Below are positions 17,409 to 25,928 of a stretch of DNA of 64,000 bases, piece by piece. Within the stretch, counting starts at the first letter, position 1. Every line of letters starts with the position of its first letter. The stretch is from Polyangiales bacterium. Its GTDB lineage: Bacteria; Myxococcota_A; Polyangia; Polyangiales; Polyangiaceae. The stretch lies in assembly GCA_038230375.1 (NCBI GenBank), contig JBBRNJ010000013.1:1-64000 (forward strand). The letters run 5' to 3'. The notes beneath the pieces were generated by a model. That model had not been told where the DNA came from. It did no database searches and saw only the letters and a list, made by a program, of their open reading frames with translations. The position numbers and the translations under genes were made by a program.

Positions 17409-19168
17409 CTTCCGACCCACGCGCTGCCCGTGCAGGCAGCGGCGACAAGGCTGGTCCATGCGGTCGCCGTGATCCAGATCGGCATGCGACGGGCGCGCGG
17501 ACGAAGCTTCGCGAGAGCGTCCCTTCGCGGGAGGCCACGGCACGCGCGCGTGACGCCGACGATCTCGGCGACGACCCAGAGCCACGCGGCGACGAGCGGC
17601 AACACCCGCACGAGCGACGACATGGCGTCGAGCTCACGCGACGCGATGAAGAACAGGAGGCCAGAGGTGGCGGCTCCGCCAAGAACCACCATCGTGACAG
17701 AGAGCGACAGGCATCGCGGAAGCCCCAGCGCGACCGCGGTCGTGCGGATGTTCGCGGCCTCGTCCTCTGGCAGGTCCTCCGCGGTGTTCACCAGGATGAT
17801 GCCCTCCTGCATCGCGCCATACGACGCCATGAGCGCAAGAAGGAGCGGCGGCGGGAGCGAAGGCGCAAGAAGACGCGCGACGAGCAGCATGGGGCCGAAG
17901 AAGATCACCGCCCAGAGCGCCGCCACCTGCAGCGGGCCACGGCCCTTGAAGCGCAGCGGAGGGACCGAGTATTGCGCGCCCAGGAGCAATCCGACGAGCA
18001 CCAGAAGTGCGACGTCGAGATGTCCCGTCTGGAGGCCAAGGTGCAGCGCAAGAGCAAGCGCGCCCGCCGCAGTCGCGAGGATCTGCACACGCACGTTCCG
18101 GACGCCGAGTCCCAGCACAGCCTCCGAGAGGTGCGTCTTGTACACCGCGTCCAGGTCGCGATCGGCCAGGCAGTTCACCATGTCACCGAAGTGGAAGAGC
18201 AGGAAGAAGAGCGCGCAGAGCTCCGCGAAGGTCGTTGTGAGCAGCATGGAAGGGCGCGCAACGAGCAGCGCCGGAATGAGCAGGATCGGGATCTCGGCGA
18301 TCATGAACTCCGGACGGCGGATGCGGATGGAGTCGCGCAGGAACGTACGCAGGCTGCGCTTCTCCGGACCGTGGATGTTCACGCGGCGGATGTGGCGAAG
18401 CGTCGCGCCCTGGAACGCGCGCCGTCCGTGGAGCAGTGCGTGGTTGTCCGCGATGACGACGTCGCCCCTCTCCCACCTGTGCTCGAGCACCGCCGACGGG
18501 AGCGCCATGGTGCGCCGGACCTCCGTGACGGCGGACGCGGACGCAAGCGGTGCGAGCTCGGTCGCGCGCACGCGCACCGGGTTCAGGTCGTCGACGGGCT
18601 CTGCAAAACGGAGCACGGTCTCACCGGTATGTGGGTGCTGCGCCACGACCCACGCGGAGAACGCGCCGCCGTAGTGGGCGACCCTGTCGGTCTCGTAGGT
18701 GAAGCGAAGCGCGCGGAGGCGGTCGCGCATGCGGTCGTCGGCGTGGGCCCATACACGCGTGGTGTCGACGAACACCGTCTCACCGCCGCGCCCTTTTTCA
18801 GGGGCCTCGATGCACTGGAAGAAGAGGTAGCGCGGCGCGCGACCCGTGAACGCACCATCCCAGTGGAGCGGCACGGCATGGTCCGTGTAGAGGTAGTTCT
18901 TCGGGTCCTCCTGACGTTCGAGCTCGTTCACGGAGCCGAACGGCCACGCCATGAGCGGCCCCAGGCGCCGCGCGGCGAGCGGGAGCTCCGGCTTCGTGAA
19001 GGGCATGAGCCCGCGAATGACCACCACGCGATGGTCACGCACCCATGCGTGGATCCGCTCATCGCGGAGGTCTTCCCATCGTGTCCCTGGAGCCACGCGC
19101 ACCTCGAGGCCGAAGGGCACGAGCGGCCGCTCGCCGATCGATTCGCGATCGCGAACGAGTCCGGTCAC
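17405..19168 (-). CDS. Fusion of a PvcB/IsnB-like TauD Fe/2OG oxygenase and a UbiA-family prenyltransferase
   Basis: N-half: WPFGSV.EL, VPLHWDGAF (HxD), GGETVFVDT, DNHALLHGR. C-half: TM helices with NCLADRDLD, YSVPPLRFK, NTAEDLPED. GTG at 19168 overlaps the upstream TGA. Confidence 0.88.
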   Translation of the reverse strand: MTGLVRDRESIGERPLVPFGLEVRVAPGTRWEDLRDERIHAWVRDHRVVVIRGLMPFTKPELPLAARRLGPLMAWPFGSVNELERQEDPKNYLYTDHAVPLHWDGAFTGRAPRYLFFQCIEAPEKGRGGETVFVDTTRVWAHADDRMRDRLRALRFTYETDRVAHYGGAFSAWVVAQHPHTGETVLRFAEPVDDLNPVRVRATELAPLASASAVTEVRRTMALPSAVLEHRWERGDVVIADNHALLHGRRAFQGATLRHIRRVNIHGPEKRSLRTFLRDSIRIRRPEFMIAEIPILLIPALLVARPSMLLTTTFAELCALFFLLFHFGDMVNCLADRDLDAVYKTHLSEAVLGLGVRNVRVQILATAAGALALALHLGLQTGHLDVALLVLVGLLLGAQYSVPPLRFKGRGPLQVAALWAVIFFGPMLLVARLLAPSLPPPLLLALMASYGAMQEGIILVNTAEDLPEDEAANIRTTAVALGLPRCLSLSVTMVVLGGAATSGLLFFIASRELDAMSSLVRVLPLVAAWLWVVAEIVGVTRACRGLPRRDALAKLRPRARRMPIWITATAWTSLVAAACTGSAWVGR

Positions 19169-20097
19169 GATGGCACCTGCATGTGACTGGGCCGACCGCG
19201 CTCGCTCACGACCGTCGCGCCGAGCGCCTCCGCGTCTTTTCGACGCATCAGGCGCGGCGCCCCGTTCACGAGCACCGCGACGCTGTGCCAGGGCGTGAGC
19301 CATGCGTCGTCGCTGGAGACGAGGGCGATTCCAATCTTCGGTGAAATGTCGGGCTGCGGATGGATGGAAAGCCGGAGCGCGTCCGGAAACGTCGCTGCCA
19401 CGAGGCGGCTCCAGGCGTCGCTCCGCCGCACGACCTCGTAGGCGCGCGCGCGCGTGACCTTGCGGGCTTGCGACCGCGTGAGCTCGGGGCTCCGCACGAC
19501 CTCGTCCTCGAACAGGAAGCGGTGAATGCCATCGAGCTGCGCGCGATCTGCTGGATACCGCGTGGCGCGGGCGCGTATCTCCTCGATGCACAGACCGTGG
19601 GCCCCGAGTAGCGCGCGGCGTCCGTCCGCTGGGGGCAGCGCGCCGTACGCGTCCTCGAGCGAGAAGAGGCGGAGATGAAGGAGACGACGCGCGCTGATCA
19701 TCTCCGCGAGCGCGCGACGGTAGGAAGTGACGTCGTGGTCCGGCACGCCGACCACGTCCGCGAAGACGTGGCCGTCAGAGCAGATGAGGACGCGCGCGCC
19801 CGGCGGGTACGCGGATGCGATGTCACGCGCGAGCCCTTCCAGCGACTCGAGCCCAAGCGCTTCCGCTGCGTCGGGCAGCCGCCCCAGCACCTTGGCTCGG
19901 TTCGGCGCCTTGGCAGGAAACGCCGGTAAAACAAGCTCGATTGGCGCGCCGCGCTCGACGAACGACACGAGACGCGGCAGGTGCAACGCGCGCGCCTCAT
20001 GGCTGGGCCCGGAGCTCGTCTGGGGGAGCACCCGTCGCCTCGAGAAGATGCAATCGAGGATCGCAGCAGCCGTGTCTGCAAGTCCGGACGCCAGCAT
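19165..20097 (-). CDS. pvcA: L-Tyr/L-Trp isonitrile synthase (PvcA/IsnA/Dit1 family)
   Basis: LPAFPAKAPNRAKVLGRLPDAAE, ICSDGHVFAD, GIHRFL.ED, RSDAWS, LRLSIHPQ, KIGI, TPWHSV. Confidence 0.92.
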   Translation of the reverse strand: MLASGLADTAAAILDCIFSRRRVLPQTSSGPSHEARALHLPRLVSFVERGAPIELVLPAFPAKAPNRAKVLGRLPDAAEALGLESLEGLARDIASAYPPGARVLICSDGHVFADVVGVPDHDVTSYRRALAEMISARRLLHLRLFSLEDAYGALPPADGRRALLGAHGLCIEEIRARATRYPADRAQLDGIHRFLFEDEVVRSPELTRSQARKVTRARAYEVVRRSDAWSRLVAATFPDALRLSIHPQPDISPKIGIALVSSDDAWLTPWHSVAVLVNGAPRLMRRKDAEALGATVVSERGRPSHMQVPS

Positions 20098-20255
20098 CAC
20101 CCGAGCCAGCTGGCCAGGAAATCTGGGTGGACCTGCAGGTTGCAGAGCGCGAGGAACGTGGCGGTCACCGCGACGAACGCAGCGATCCTCGTGTTCAACT
20201 TCGACTCGGACCCCTCTTCGACCGCCTCACCCACGGCGTCTGCGAGCTCGCTCAT
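20097..20255 (-). pseudogene. 52-aa ORF resembling an internally deleted DUF4337-family gene
   Basis: Manual translation MSELADAVGEAVEEGSESKLNTRIAAFVAVTATFLALCN-LQVHPDFLASWLG*; both ends resemble DUF4337 termini as I recall them; TGATG overlap with the isonitrile synthase start. Confidence 0.5.
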
Positions 20256-20282
20256 GGGCGCATCATACGTCCCCTGCGTGGC

Positions 20283-20987
20283 TCAGCGTTTCTTCTTCGC
20301 GGGCGCTTTCTTTGCGGGCGCTTTCTTCGTGGGCGCTTTCTTCGCAGGAGCCTTCTTCGCCGCCTTCGCGAGGTGCTCCGAGAGCCAGGTTGCAGGATGG
20401 TCGTCGAAGCCGTCGCCGCCATTCGGCTCGAGCGCGTCCTCGTCCTCCGAGCGCACTAGCGCATCGCTCTGGAGGACCGCGAGAAGGCTCTCGAGGAAGC
20501 CGCCGAAGCTCGAGCCGACAACGTCAAAGTCACACTCGGTGGTGAGCGCGATGACCTGACCCGACGCGCCCTGCGGCGCCGGCACGAGATCGAGATACGC
20601 CTTGTCGCCATCCCAGTACTCGGTGCCCGCGATGGGGATGCGCTTCGAGTGGTAGACGTAGTTCATGACGCGATGACCGCACTGGTGGCGATTCGCGATC
20701 TTCGGGTCCGTGTTGTACTCCTTCGCGAGCTCCGCTTCTTCCTTCCACTGCGCGACCATCGACTTCAGCGGGACCAGGTGGTTGCAGCCAGGAGCCCACT
20801 CCGTGCTGGGGTTCTTTCCTTGCCCGTCGTGGACCGCGAGCGAGGCGCGGAAGTCCGGAGGAAACGTGATGCCCATGGCCTTCTCCGCGGCGGCGATCTC
20901 GCCTTCCTTCGCCCCCGGACGAAGGCCGAGCTTCAGCTTGTACTTCTTCGCGTAGACGTCCTCGATGGCCTTCCAGAGTTCCTTCAT
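20283..20987 (-). CDS. SMI1/KNR4-family protein with a Lys/Ala/Pro-rich tail
   Basis: LRPGA.E.EIAAAEKAMGITFPPDFRASLAVHDGQ, IPIA, LDLVPAPQG..GQVI; C-terminal (KKAPA)x4-like repeat. Confidence 0.88.
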   Translation of the reverse strand: MKELWKAIEDVYAKKYKLKLGLRPGAKEGEIAAAEKAMGITFPPDFRASLAVHDGQGKNPSTEWAPGCNHLVPLKSMVAQWKEEAELAKEYNTDPKIANRHQCGHRVMNYVYHSKRIPIAGTEYWDGDKAYLDLVPAPQGASGQVIALTTECDFDVVGSSFGGFLESLLAVLQSDALVRSEDEDALEPNGGDGFDDHPATWLSEHLAKAAKKAPAKKAPTKKAPAKKAPAKKKR

Positions 20988-21168
20988 TCCGTGAGCGTAT
21001 GGAAAACCTCACGCCCGTGCCTGAAGAATTCATGAGGGGCGTAGCGCCTGACTCAGTGCATCTCGTCCAGGAGCATTCTCGCGTTCTCGCGCTTGATCGA
21101 TCGGAGGAGGGCGAACGCGCGGTGGCCGCGAGCAAGAGCCGAAGAACGAGCGGTGCCGCACGATCCGC

Positions 21169-22959
21169 TCACTTCGCGCCGTCGCGGACCTCGGCGAGCG
21201 CGTCGAGCCCGGGGTCTGCGTCACGCCACAGGTCGAGGAGCGCGGCATAGCGCAGGTGCGCGAGCGCAACGTCGCCGCTTGCCTTCGCCGCGCGCGCCGA
21301 GCCCAGGAGCGCGAGCGCGCGGTTGGGCCGTTGCTCCAGGTTGCGCTCGAAGATCGGGAGCGCCTCCTTCGACTTGCCGGCCGCGAGCAGCAGGTTCCCG
21401 AGCAGCTCGCGCGGCGGCTCGCCGAAAGGAGGTCCCGCGATCGGGCGTTCATCCTCCGATGCGACGAATCGTTCCAGTGCAGTCGTCATGTTCTTCTGGT
21501 CGGCCGGGGAGGGCTTGGTGCCAGCGCGCGCGCGGACGAGGAGCGCTTCCTCCTTCATGTCCCAGCGCTTCGTGGAGCTCGGCGGCAACATCTTCGACCA
21601 GAGCTGCATCTGCGCGCGCACCGCCCGCATGTCAGCGACGCGCGCCTCCGCGGTCTTCCGATCGCCCACGCGGATCGCCGCCTCGGCACGTAGCGCCTGC
21701 GCGTTCATGCGACCGAACAGCGCATAAGGCATGCGCACCTCTCCGCCCGCGGACGGCGCATGCGCCGCGCATGCAACGGGCCCACCCGTACCGCCCTCGT
21801 CCGGCACCGGCGTGAACACTGGCGCAACGAGCGCCTCCACCTCCGCCCATCGCCCCGTCACGACGGCGTAGTGGGCGACCATGTCGATGTAGGCGCCGCG
21901 TATCTCGGCCGTGTCGTCCTTCATCGCCAGGATGACAGTGCGCACGTCGTCCACGAGCTTTTGCGCACGCGCGTGATGCCCGAGCTCCAGGTTCGCGGCC
22001 ACCAGCCATGAGTAGGAGTGCCAGTCGTACTTGTTCGCGGTATGCCCGCGCGATTTCTCCCAGGCGACCGACGACGCATACGCACGCTCGTTCGACGGAA
22101 CAACGTCGCGCCACATCCCGAGATGCACGAACGTGTGAGACGGCATGTGCTGCGCGTGGCCGCCGGCCGGCGCGATCCGCGCATAGGTGCGCGCCGCTTC
22201 CAGCGCCAGGATCGCGTGGTCGCGGCTGTCGAACGCGTGGATCGTGTAGTGCGCTGCGCCCGGATGGTTCGGGTGGCGATGCAAGACGTCCAGCGCAATG
22301 TTGCCGGACTCCATCTGCTCACGCACGTGCGCAAGGTCGTACCCGTAGACGGAGAGGATCGCGAGCGCGTGCTGGAGCGCGACCTCGTCGTCATCTGTGT
22401 ATTCTGCATGCATCTTCGTGGCGGCCGCGAGCCATGCTGCGTACGCCTGCTTGCCGTCATCCTTCGCGAAGAGCTCGCGGGCCGTCGCGATGTACGCGCG
22501 CTCTTTCGGCGTGAGCGCCTCCTCGTGCGTGATCTTCGCGAGCGCGGCGCGGGCCTTCGGAAGGTTGCGCTCGTGCCAGACCGGGTGATCGAACGACATC
22601 GCGTCGCCCCACGCCGCCATGGCGCACGACGGGTCGGCCGCCAGCGCTGCGACGAAGCTCTCGTGCGCCTCGTCGTAGAGGAACGAGTGCAGCGCAAGGA
22701 CACCATCACGAAAGAGGCGCTGACACTCCGGCGATCCGGTGATCGGGAACGAGAGCTCGCCGAGCTGCGTCTTCGACAAGGCCCCATCACCCTTCGGGGA
22801 GCCGCTGTTCTCGGACGCGCCAGGTGTGGATGAAGCGACCGGCGGCGGCAATGCGGCAGTCGGTGGTGCGGACGGTGCAACCGGCGGCGTCGGCGGTTCG
22901 CCACCGCACGCAACAGAGCCAGCAAGCATGAGAGCGCACGCAATGCGGTACCGATTCAT
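21169..22959 (-). CDS. TPR-containing lipoprotein
   Basis: Lipobox SVAC; FRDGVLALHSF.YDEA..F, DP.CAMA.WG, HPGAAHY.IH, HAQHMPSHTF..LG. Confidence 0.8.
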   Translation of the reverse strand: MNRYRIACALMLAGSVACGGEPPTPPVAPSAPPTAALPPPVASSTPGASENSGSPKGDGALSKTQLGELSFPITGSPECQRLFRDGVLALHSFLYDEAHESFVAALAADPSCAMAAWGDAMSFDHPVWHERNLPKARAALAKITHEEALTPKERAYIATARELFAKDDGKQAYAAWLAAATKMHAEYTDDDEVALQHALAILSVYGYDLAHVREQMESGNIALDVLHRHPNHPGAAHYTIHAFDSRDHAILALEAARTYARIAPAGGHAQHMPSHTFVHLGMWRDVVPSNERAYASSVAWEKSRGHTANKYDWHSYSWLVAANLELGHHARAQKLVDDVRTVILAMKDDTAEIRGAYIDMVAHYAVVTGRWAEVEALVAPVFTPVPDEGGTGGPVACAAHAPSAGGEVRMPYALFGRMNAQALRAEAAIRVGDRKTAEARVADMRAVRAQMQLWSKMLPPSSTKRWDMKEEALLVRARAGTKPSPADQKNMTTALERFVASEDERPIAGPPFGEPPRELLGNLLLAAGKSKEALPIFERNLEQRPNRALALLGSARAAKASGDVALAHLRYAALLDLWRDADPGLDALAEVRDGAK

Positions 22960-23035
22960 GTCGTGAGCCTAGCAGTGAGTATCAGGTCTCCACACGCGTG
23001 AAGCGCGGAGTCGCCACACGAGGTATCATGAACCG

Positions 23036-23911
23036 GTGAGCTTGCCCTTCGCAGTACGGAGCCTGACGCCGCGACCTCGCACATGGGTCGTCGCGTCGAT
23101 CCCTGTGATACTCGGGATCGCGGCTTCGTGCGACGCGGCGTACTCCGTCTCCCCGTCTCCATCGTCGGACGCGGGCGTAGTGGCCGACTCCGGCGACGGT
23201 GATGGTGGAACCAGCAGCGACGATGCGGGCATCGGCGTGGACGCATCCACAGATGCACCCGTGGATGCGCCCGCCACCGGCTGCACCTCCGCGCAGCCCG
23301 GGCTGGTTGCGTACTACCCATTCGACGACGACGCGGGCAACATCGGGCGCGATTGTTCCGGCTACGGGCGAGACGGCGTCATCACGAACGGAGCGTGGGG
23401 CGCGGGGAAGCACGGAAACGCGCTCGTGCTCGGCGGCAGCGGTTGCATGGATCTCGGAGCCGATGCGGGCTTCATCCAGAGTGGGCCGTTCACGATCGCA
23501 ATGTGGGTGAACCTCACGACGCTCGGCCTTTCGTACTACGTGGCGAAGACCTCGATGCCCCCGCTGGCCGTCGGCTGGCACTTCGGGACCAACGCCGCGT
23601 CCATGAGCGCGAGCGTGAAGTTCGGGACCCCCGGCGGTCCCGTGCAGACGAACGCGGCCGGGGCTCTGCCAACGTCGACGTGGGCTCACGTCGCCCTGGT
23701 GTTCGACCCGTCGAAGCGGGCCGAGCTGTGGGTAGGCGGTCTGCTCGCCTCCGGTCTGATGCCACCGCCCACCGCCATTGCGGACGACCCATCTGCGCAC
23801 CTGCGAGTCGGCTGTGGCGAGGGCATCGATTACGTGGTGGGCGCGCTCGACGACGTGCGATTCTACAACCGCGCGCTGTCAGCCGCAGAACTCGCCGTGC
23901 TCGCGCAGTGA
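23036..23911 (+). CDS. LamG/concanavalin A-like domain lipoprotein
   Basis: GLVAYYPFDD, GKHGNAL, FTIAMWV, WAHVALV, GALDDVRFYNRALS. Confidence 0.88.
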   Translation: MSLPFAVRSLTPRPRTWVVASIPVILGIAASCDAAYSVSPSPSSDAGVVADSGDGDGGTSSDDAGIGVDASTDAPVDAPATGCTSAQPGLVAYYPFDDDAGNIGRDCSGYGRDGVITNGAWGAGKHGNALVLGGSGCMDLGADAGFIQSGPFTIAMWVNLTTLGLSYYVAKTSMPPLAVGWHFGTNAASMSASVKFGTPGGPVQTNAAGALPTSTWAHVALVFDPSKRAELWVGGLLASGLMPPPTAIADDPSAHLRVGCGEGIDYVVGALDDVRFYNRALSAAELAVLAQ

Positions 23912-23928
23912 CGTCGCGATGGCGCGGC

Positions 23929-24258
23929 TCAGCTCAGGTCGCCCCAGTCACGCTGGATGTGCCATGCGCCAGGCTTGAAGGCCCACGTGATGATCTCCGC
24001 GGGATCAAACGCCTCGGGGAGCACCGTGATCGAGATGATCTCGTCCGCGGAGAGCACCACGTTGAAGGGCTTCCGCTTCCCTTCCAGGTCCCAGAGCTGG
24101 TAGCGCGGATCCTGGTCGAGGCCGCCGCGAAGCGGGCCATAGTCGAGCGGAGCGCAGATGCGCGTCTTCTCGCGGCCCTCCTTCTTGCTGTTGAACGTGA
24201 CCGAGAGCCGGTGCTTTCCGGCGATCGCGTCGAGGAACACCTGATGGGCCGCGTGCAT
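23929..24258 (-). CDS. Small stand-alone WYL-like domain protein
   Basis: FLDAIAGKHRLSVTF.SK...R.CAPLDYG..., YQLWD; this pattern resembles a WYL domain. Confidence 0.55.
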   Translation of the reverse strand: MHAAHQVFLDAIAGKHRLSVTFNSKKEGREKTRICAPLDYGPLRGGLDQDPRYQLWDLEGKRKPFNVVLSADEIISITVLPEAFDPAEIITWAFKPGAWHIQRDWGDLS

Positions 24259-24364
24259 GCAGGCATGCCCTACTACGAATCCTCAACGATGTGACGCCGC
24301 GGCGAAAGGAGTGGCCTGAAAGGGCCGGGCTCGATATCAAGGAGGGGTACGATCGCTGGAGGGG

Positions 24365-25879
24365 GTGAGCCAGGTGAGCCAGACGAGAAAGATCCCGGTG
24401 GGCCGGCTTCGCGACACCGTGCGCGCCATCGCGGTCGTGATGGGCGTCTCCGTGCCAAGCATGGTCGTTTACAGCCAGATCGCAGGCTGTTCGAGCTCCT
24501 CCAACGGCGGCGCCACACTCGTGCCTCCCGGCGGCACGCTCGGCGCGCTGGTGACCATCCACGTCCAGGGCGGTGGCCGCGTCTATGCGGAGCCCGGTGG
24601 TGTGGACTGCCCCGGCTCCTGCGCGCACTCTTTCATCTTCGACCCCGGCACCGACGGCGCGAGCAACGGCATCAAGCTCACCGCAGAGGGCAGCAGCACG
24701 TGGGCGTTCGCGGGCTACACCTTCAACACGGTCGCTGTGGCGAGCCGCGGCGAAGGGCCCTCGGAATGCCAGCCCATCTCACGACAGACAAGCGACGCGC
24801 CCTCAGGTGTGGATACAAAGTCGCCCACCCTCACGCTGACGCCATCGGAGGTCTCCGGCACGAGCCAGGCAGAGGCAGGAGCCTTCTGCTCCTCGTACAC
24901 GAAGGTCCCCGCCGCGTATGACATCACCGCGAAGTTCGTCTCCACGTCGCTCGTCGAGGGCGGCGTGGACGGCGGCGACGGCGGTCTCGTCGACATGATC
25001 TACGATCGCCCCACCACCAACGCGATCGGCCGGCGCATCTTCCTGACCAGCAGCAACCAGCTCCTCTGGCAAACGGACGACGGCGCGCAGTCCACGATCT
25101 CCTACGGCGCTGCCAGCGGCTTCTCGCACGGCATCGTCACCACCACGTCGCTCATCCAGAAATTCTGGGGCACCTCCACGGGCGCGGCGTACCAGACAAG
25201 CGGCACGCTGTACGGCATCTTCTCGCCCTACACCTCCACCGTATTCTTCACCGGCGCGCCCACATGCTCCGGACTTGCGGCGGACAGCAGCTATGCATAC
25301 TGCATGGGCAACGACGGGACGTTCACGCGCTGGAGCCGCTTTTCACCGTCGATCGCGCTCCCGCTGGACACCAGCATCTTCAACGTCACCGGGCTCGACG
25401 ACGACACCGGGCAGACGTTCTCCGTCTACTCCGACAGCAGCGGCAACGTCTCTCGCGTGAGCAACACCGGCTACGACGGCGGCACACCCATGGCGGACGC
25501 CGGCCTCATCCAGGTTGCCACCGGGCAGTCCTCGCCGCGCGAGGTCCACGTTGCAAACGGGACCGTCTACTACATCAACAACAACAGCCAGCTCGTGAGC
25601 GCCACGGCCTCGGGCGGCGGCATCGTCACCTCCATCGGCACGTCGCACTTCGGCATGACGTCGTTCGCGGTGGACCCGTTCGGGTCGTTCATCATTGCTG
25701 CCATCGTCCCCTCGCAGGGGGTGGGCCAATCATCCATCATCATGACGGCACTGCCGTCCGGCGTGACGACCACCACGATCCGCGCCGGCCTCACGGGCGT
25801 CGGCGGCGTGGCGACCGACGGCAACTACGTCTACTGGACCGACATCACCGGTCGCGCCTTCAAGGCCCTGGCGCAGTAG
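24365..25879 (+). CDS. Secreted protein with an InlB B-repeat-like domain and a C-terminal beta-propeller
   Basis: GGGRVYAEPGGVDCPGSC..LTA; repeats such as LAADSSYAY and VATDGNYVYWTD. Confidence 0.7.
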   Translation: MSQVSQTRKIPVGRLRDTVRAIAVVMGVSVPSMVVYSQIAGCSSSSNGGATLVPPGGTLGALVTIHVQGGGRVYAEPGGVDCPGSCAHSFIFDPGTDGASNGIKLTAEGSSTWAFAGYTFNTVAVASRGEGPSECQPISRQTSDAPSGVDTKSPTLTLTPSEVSGTSQAEAGAFCSSYTKVPAAYDITAKFVSTSLVEGGVDGGDGGLVDMIYDRPTTNAIGRRIFLTSSNQLLWQTDDGAQSTISYGAASGFSHGIVTTTSLIQKFWGTSTGAAYQTSGTLYGIFSPYTSTVFFTGAPTCSGLAADSSYAYCMGNDGTFTRWSRFSPSIALPLDTSIFNVTGLDDDTGQTFSVYSDSSGNVSRVSNTGYDGGTPMADAGLIQVATGQSSPREVHVANGTVYYINNNSQLVSATASGGGIVTSIGTSHFGMTSFAVDPFGSFIIAAIVPSQGVGQSSIIMTALPSGVTTTTIRAGLTGVGGVATDGNYVYWTDITGRAFKALAQ

Positions 25880-25881
25880 CG

Positions 25882-25928
25882 GCTCCTACTGTGAGCTCCT
25901 ACTGCGAGGTCCTGCTGAGCTCCTACTG
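25882..25928. repeat. Four imperfect copies of (GA)GCTCCTACTG between convergent genes
   Basis: gctcctactg, gagctcctactg, gaggtcctgctg, gagctcctactg; the last copy contains the stop codon of the downstream gene. Confidence 0.7.

Noticed and set aside
17079..19186. Long plus-strand ORFs (17079-18674, 17393-19186) and similar long antisense ORFs elsewhere
   Set aside because: Arg/Ala-rich shadow frames of high-GC genes; the opposite strand has clear family motifs
19169..19591. N-terminal extension of the TauD-UbiA ORF in the track
   Set aside because: It overlaps pvcA; GTG at 19168 with GTGA coupling is the better start
20999..21250. 83-aa plus-strand ORF
   Set aside because: It overlaps the TPR gene end and has no motifs
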